DNA from: Bacteroidia bacterium
Lineage (GTDB): Bacteria; Bacteroidota; Bacteroidia; NS11-12g; UBA9320
Assembly (NCBI GenBank): GCA_018402155.1
Contig: JAGYJG010000001.1
Location: 290,831 to 354,830 of the forward strand
Reading direction: 5' to 3'
Length of the DNA: 64,000 bases
Positions within the stretch are counted from its first letter, which is position 1, and every line of letters begins with the position of its first letter. A program made the position numbers and the translations under genes. This document shows positions 60,225-64,000 of the stretch, piece after piece. The notes under the pieces are model-generated. The model had not been told where the DNA came from. It was given only the letters and a program-made list of their open reading frames with translations, and ran no database searches.

Positions 60225-61470
60225 AAGTAGAATTGATATAGTAAGTTTACTACTTTTTTTGTCCATTGCTTTGCTCGGTATAGCTAGTGTATATTCTGCT
60301 ACCTATGAATCTGGTGCAGAGTCTTTATGGCAGGGGAGAAGTGGCAAACAGCTCATGTGGTTTGGAGTCTCTGCAGCTGTAGGAGTAGTTATTTTCCTAC
60401 TAAATTCTAATTTTTTCGAATTATTCAGTATGTATATATATGTTACCTTTATGATACTGCTGATAGTAGTGCTGGTTATTGGGGCAGATATCAATGGAGC
60501 ACGCTCTTGGATACGAATTGGCTCTATTAGTATTCAGCCATCTGAGTTTGCTAAATATGGTACATCCTTCGCAGTGGCGTCTTTACTCAGTAATATCGGA
60601 TTTTCGTGGCAAAACAGGAAAGAACTAATACAGGTAGCTGCAGTTATACTTATTCCTATGGTGCTAATTGTCTTGCAAGGAGATACAGGATCTGCACTAG
60701 TATTTCTTAGCTTTTTTTTGGTATTTTATCGTGAGGGCCTATCTCCAGTCATACTAATTGTTGGCCTGTTGGCAATACTTATTTTTATACTCACTCTGAT
60801 ATTTACCTCTTTCTATTTATGCAGCGCTTTAGTGGTTGGTTTTCTTGTCTTTTATGCGTTTACTTATACCAATAAAAAAATAATTGTGCCTAGTCTCATC
60901 ATTCTGTCTATTGCCATATTTTTTAGTCTCAGTGTACAGTTTTTATTTGATAATGTGCTGCAAGAACACCAACAAAAACGCATCCAAGTTACCCTAAATT
61001 TGATAGAGGATAATAGAGGTGCTGGTTACAATGTGAATCAAAGTAAAATCGCTATTGGATCAGGCAGTTTTACTGGGAAAGGTTTTTTAAACGGTTCACA
61101 TACCAAAGGTAATTTTATTCCTGAACAAGAAACTGATTTTATATTTTGCACTATAGGTGAGGAAGGTGGTTGGGCCATTAGTGCGCTCACCGTTATATTA
61201 TTTATAGCATTTATTTTGCGGCTGTACCATTTGGCTCGTAGAGCCAAAAAGAAATTTAAACGTATTTTTATTTTCTCTTTGGCTTCCATAATTTTCTTTC
61301 ACGTTCTTGTTAATATTGGCATGACAATTGGTTTAATGCCCGTCATTGGCATACCCTTACCGCTTATTTCATATGGTGGCTCTTCCGTGTTAGGCTTTTG
61401 TATTTTTATTTTTACTGCCTTAAAAATGGATGCTACTAGAGATCAAGACTTAATTTCAACATACTCATGA
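60202..61470 (+). CDS. rodA: peptidoglycan glycosyltransferase RodA (SEDS family)
   Basis: 422 aa; FtsW/RodA/SpoVE family pattern (…PEQETDFIF…, …GLMPVIGIPLPLISYGGSS…). Confidence 0.9.
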   Translation: MKLYMESKSRIDIVSLLLFLSIALLGIASVYSATYESGAESLWQGRSGKQLMWFGVSAAVGVVIFLLNSNFFELFSMYIYVTFMILLIVVLVIGADINGARSWIRIGSISIQPSEFAKYGTSFAVASLLSNIGFSWQNRKELIQVAAVILIPMVLIVLQGDTGSALVFLSFFLVFYREGLSPVILIVGLLAILIFILTLIFTSFYLCSALVVGFLVFYAFTYTNKKIIVPSLIILSIAIFFSLSVQFLFDNVLQEHQQKRIQVTLNLIEDNRGAGYNVNQSKIAIGSGSFTGKGFLNGSHTKGNFIPEQETDFIFCTIGEEGGWAISALTVILFIAFILRLYHLARRAKKKFKRIFIFSLASIIFFHVLVNIGMTIGLMPVIGIPLPLISYGGSSVLGFCIFIFTALKMDATRDQDLISTYS

Positions 61471-62108
61471 CCCACGTTCATCAACTTACCTTCGGACCTT
61501 TTAGTGAAAATACTTACCTCATTTCTGATGATGAAGGTAATGCGCTTGTCATAGACCCAGGAATGTATTATCCTGAAGAAAATGCTAGGATGTTTGAATA
61601 TCTCTCTGCTCAGCACTTAAAGCCCACACGGCTCTTTCTCACTCACGCTCATCTTGATCATGTTTTTGGTGTAAATTGGTTTCATGCTCACTATGACCTC
61701 ACTCCCGAGATACATCCACTAGAAAATATAGTATATGGTAGTGCTCAATCTGTTGCAAATCAGTACGGACTAAAAATGGATTCATTGGTTCCGGCACAAG
61801 TTGATTTAGCTGCTGGTCACGAAATAGTCTTTGCAAATTCAGTGTTTTTTGTACTATTTGCACCGGGTCACTCACCAGGAAGTGTGTGCTTTTATAACGA
61901 AAATGAGAAATATGTAATTGGAGGGGATGTTCTTTTTCAAGGGAGTATTGGACGTACAGATTTACCTGGAGGAGATTATGCTACACTTATTACTAGTATA
62001 AAATCCCAGCTGCTAACATTACCAGATGATGTAGTCGTGTATAGTGGTCATGGACCGATAACCACTATTGGCCAAGAAAAATTAAGTAACCCCTTTTTAC
62101 AAGATTAG
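61467..62108 (+). CDS. MBL-fold metallo-hydrolase (glyoxalase II-like)
   Basis: 213 aa; HAHLDH metal-binding motif; 4-nt overlap with rodA. Confidence 0.75.
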   Translation: MTHVHQLTFGPFSENTYLISDDEGNALVIDPGMYYPEENARMFEYLSAQHLKPTRLFLTHAHLDHVFGVNWFHAHYDLTPEIHPLENIVYGSAQSVANQYGLKMDSLVPAQVDLAAGHEIVFANSVFFVLFAPGHSPGSVCFYNENEKYVIGGDVLFQGSIGRTDLPGGDYATLITSIKSQLLTLPDDVVVYSGHGPITTIGQEKLSNPFLQD

Positions 62109-62201
62109 ATTATTCACTGATTGCTCCATATAGCATGTAAAATAATCTAATCGAGAGTTTAGTCTTTTTTTTCTGAAGTATCTTTCTTGAATGATACTTG
62201 A

Positions 62202-63413
62202 TTACCGTTGGTTTTTGAAAGCGTCTAAATCAAAGAGTAAACTAAATCGAATAGTGTTTTGCAAAGGATGTCTATTGGCAAATGGCTGAAGGTATGAAGC
62301 ATCGATTTGAAAAACTTTGTATTTTAAACCTGCGCCAAAAGTAGCATATTGGCGGGCACCTTTAGTTTCAGCCTCATGAAAATAGCCTGCTCTTAGGGCA
62401 AATTGTTTAGCATACCAATACTCTATACCCACCGATATAGTAAATTCATTTAATTCTTCTCTAAAGCCGCCTGGTGCATCACCAAAAGAGGCTAGCGCGC
62501 CGCTGATGGGCGGATCTTGACTCAATACTCTACCTGTTATGATATCGTAACCATCGCCATCTTTTATACGATTTCCATTAGTGTCCAATTGAAACGTATA
62601 TTGAGGAGTTGGCACTAATAATTTATTGAAATCTACACCAAATCCGATTTCGTTGTAATCATCAATTTGAGTTTTCCAAAATGTACCTAAACGAAGGTTC
62701 ATTGGTATAAAATCTCTGTTTGCCTCTGTGGTGTAAGTTACTTTATTACCGAGATTACTTATGTTGGCTCCTATGGTGTAGTCAAAAGTTTTTCCACTTA
62801 TTTTAGTATCGTTTAGGTAAGTCATTGACAGGTCGCCTGCTCCTGCGATACCAGGTTTTATTTCTGCTGCGGTTGTACCTGCATTTCCCCGAGCTAGGTT
62901 TGAGTATATAAAACGAAGCGCCACACCAAGAGATAAATTGTCGGACAGCTTACGGGCATAGGCACCGTCTAGAGCAAACTCAATTGGCTCGGCCGTTCCT
63001 TGTGGTGTGCCTACCGCATCGGTGAATTGTATTTCTCCCAAAGTGAAGTAGCGCAAGGAACCTGCTACTGTACTTAGTTTATCTATTCTTTTATATCCGC
63101 TCATGTAGTAAAACCAGATATCTGGCACAAGCTGACGAAGCCAAGGGGCTGCATTTATGGCTAGACCGCCATCACCTTCTATAAAAGCAAGTTTTGAGGC
63201 ATTCCAATGAATGGAGTTGGCATCTGCTGAAGTTGCTACACCCATATCTCCCATAGCCGAGGCTCTAGAGTCTGGGGAAATGAGTAAAAAAGGAGCAGCA
63301 GTAGTAATCACATTCCGTTGACCGAGCAGATCCTTATTTGTATTTACAGCATTTTGTGCAAAAGCTGCTTCAATCACGCAGCATAATATTATTAGACTTA
63401 TAAACTTCTTCAA
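62202..63413 (-). CDS. porV: T9SS outer-membrane protein PorV/LptO-like (FadL-like beta-barrel)
   Basis: 403 aa; signal peptide; FadL-like N-terminal motif PFLLISPDSRASAMGDMGVATSADANSIHWNASKLAF; lies immediately downstream of a CTD-bearing porU-like gene (conserved porU-porV synteny). Confidence 0.55.
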   Translation of the reverse strand: MKKFISLIILCCVIEAAFAQNAVNTNKDLLGQRNVITTAAPFLLISPDSRASAMGDMGVATSADANSIHWNASKLAFIEGDGGLAINAAPWLRQLVPDIWFYYMSGYKRIDKLSTVAGSLRYFTLGEIQFTDAVGTPQGTAEPIEFALDGAYARKLSDNLSLGVALRFIYSNLARGNAGTTAAEIKPGIAGAGDLSMTYLNDTKISGKTFDYTIGANISNLGNKVTYTTEANRDFIPMNLRLGTFWKTQIDDYNEIGFGVDFNKLLVPTPQYTFQLDTNGNRIKDGDGYDIITGRVLSQDPPISGALASFGDAPGGFREELNEFTISVGIEYWYAKQFALRAGYFHEAETKGARQYATFGAGLKYKVFQIDASYLQPFANRHPLQNTIRFSLLFDLDAFKNQR

Positions 63414-63457
63414 TCTCGTAAAATTTAACTACAAATGTACTATTAATTTTTTTGTGC

Positions 63458-64000
63458 TTATTTGATGATATAAAGTTTTTCTGTTTTTGAGCTAGTGGTT
63501 CCGTCTTCTGCTTTTACGCTAAGGGTATACAGATAGACACCTCTCCCTATTTGATCACCGTATTCATCTCGCCCATCCCAGTCTATAGACTGCACGTGTG
63601 CAGGAGCATTCGCTATTTCTTGAGTAATATTTTTGATTACTCTGCCAGTAACATTCATGATACTTATCTGCACCATAATGTTTTGTCCACTTTTATTGTG
63701 GTCAAAATGAAAAGTTGTAAAAGATGTAAATGGATTTGGGTAGTTTAAGATATTATTAAGTGCAATACCTTCTGCATTTGCGACCAAAAACTCTGTGTAT
63801 GCTTCGGCAGAATTATTATAAACATCCCAAACTTTTAAGCTTAGAGTATGTCTGCCATCTGGGATGTTTGCAAATGGGTATTCTATTCTTCCAGATTGAT
63901 AACTATTAAGATCTGGCTTATAGTAGTCATTTAGTATTATGGTTTGTTCAGCATCTGTTCCTTTATCAAGTATACCTACCATCTCGCGGCCTATCCCACT
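63458..64000 (-). CDS. porU: C-terminal part of a T9SS CTD-containing protein, probably PorU (gene continues beyond window edge)
   Basis: ORF open to the window boundary; C-terminal …NYPNPFTSFTTF…GVYLYTLSV… T9SS sorting domain; position directly upstream of porV-like gene. Confidence 0.45.
   Translation of the reverse strand, partial: SGIGREMVGILDKGTDAEQTIILNDYYKPDLNSYQSGRIEYPFANIPDGRHTLSLKVWDVYNNSAEAYTEFLVANAEGIALNNILNYPNPFTSFTTFHFDHNKSGQNIMVQISIMNVTGRVIKNITQEIANAPAHVQSIDWDGRDEYGDQIGRGVYLYTLSVKAEDGTTSSKTEKLYIIK

Noticed and set aside
1-64000. Search for CRISPR arrays, transposases/integrases, toxin-antitoxin pairs or defence-island genes
   Set aside because: No direct-repeat arrays, no IS-like ORFs, and no nuclease/ATPase defence gene signatures were found; the stand-alone HsdR_N-domain protein is a widespread conserved Bacteroidota gene rather than part of an R-M system here (no hsdM/hsdS nearby).

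Overview
This 64 kb window is a low-GC chromosomal segment that looks like a Bacteroidota genome (Flavobacteriia-like); it is mostly core housekeeping with a few accessory islands. Key housekeeping genes recognised from the translated ORFs: dnaK, tig-clpP-clpX, mreBCD-mrdA-rodA, pntAB, mdh, scoA/scoB, queA, plsY, clpS, panB, dapF, htrA and holA. Three themes stand out. (1) A light-harvesting module: a proteorhodopsin with the DTE proton-pump motif, the retinal-binding Lys and the H75/M105 pattern of flavobacterial green-absorbing pumps, followed by blh (beta-carotene 15,15'-dioxygenase), with its own intrinsic terminator between the two genes. (2) Type IX secretion (T9SS): the 3' end of a porU-like gene plus a porV-like FadL-type outer-membrane protein at the right edge, a 1659-aa C25 (gingipain-like, GHG...NGC dyad) cargo protein translationally coupled to a polytopic membrane protein, and a BNR/Asp-box cargo protein, all carrying T9SS C-terminal sorting domains. 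(3) Envelope glycan loci: kdsC, an IMPase-family gene and three GT2/GT-like genes at the left; a UMF1-MFS/Wzx/Wzz/O-antigen-ligase-like block in the middle, followed by an orphan OppC-type ABC permease. Smaller oddities: an uncharacterised GT-like gene inserted between scoA and scoB; an ECF sigma/anti-sigma/dapF overlapping operon with an in-frame (GAA)n acidic microsatellite; an orphan + strand terminator-like hairpin between two minus-strand genes; and a recurring TACTTTTGCA -7 promoter element. There is one tRNA-Leu(TAG). No CRISPR array, transposase, integrase or obvious defence island was found. Nothing here amounts to a clearly new 'system'; the best candidates for follow-up are the C25-cargo/membrane-protein pair, the scoA-X-scoB insertion and the sigma/anti-sigma-dapF operon.
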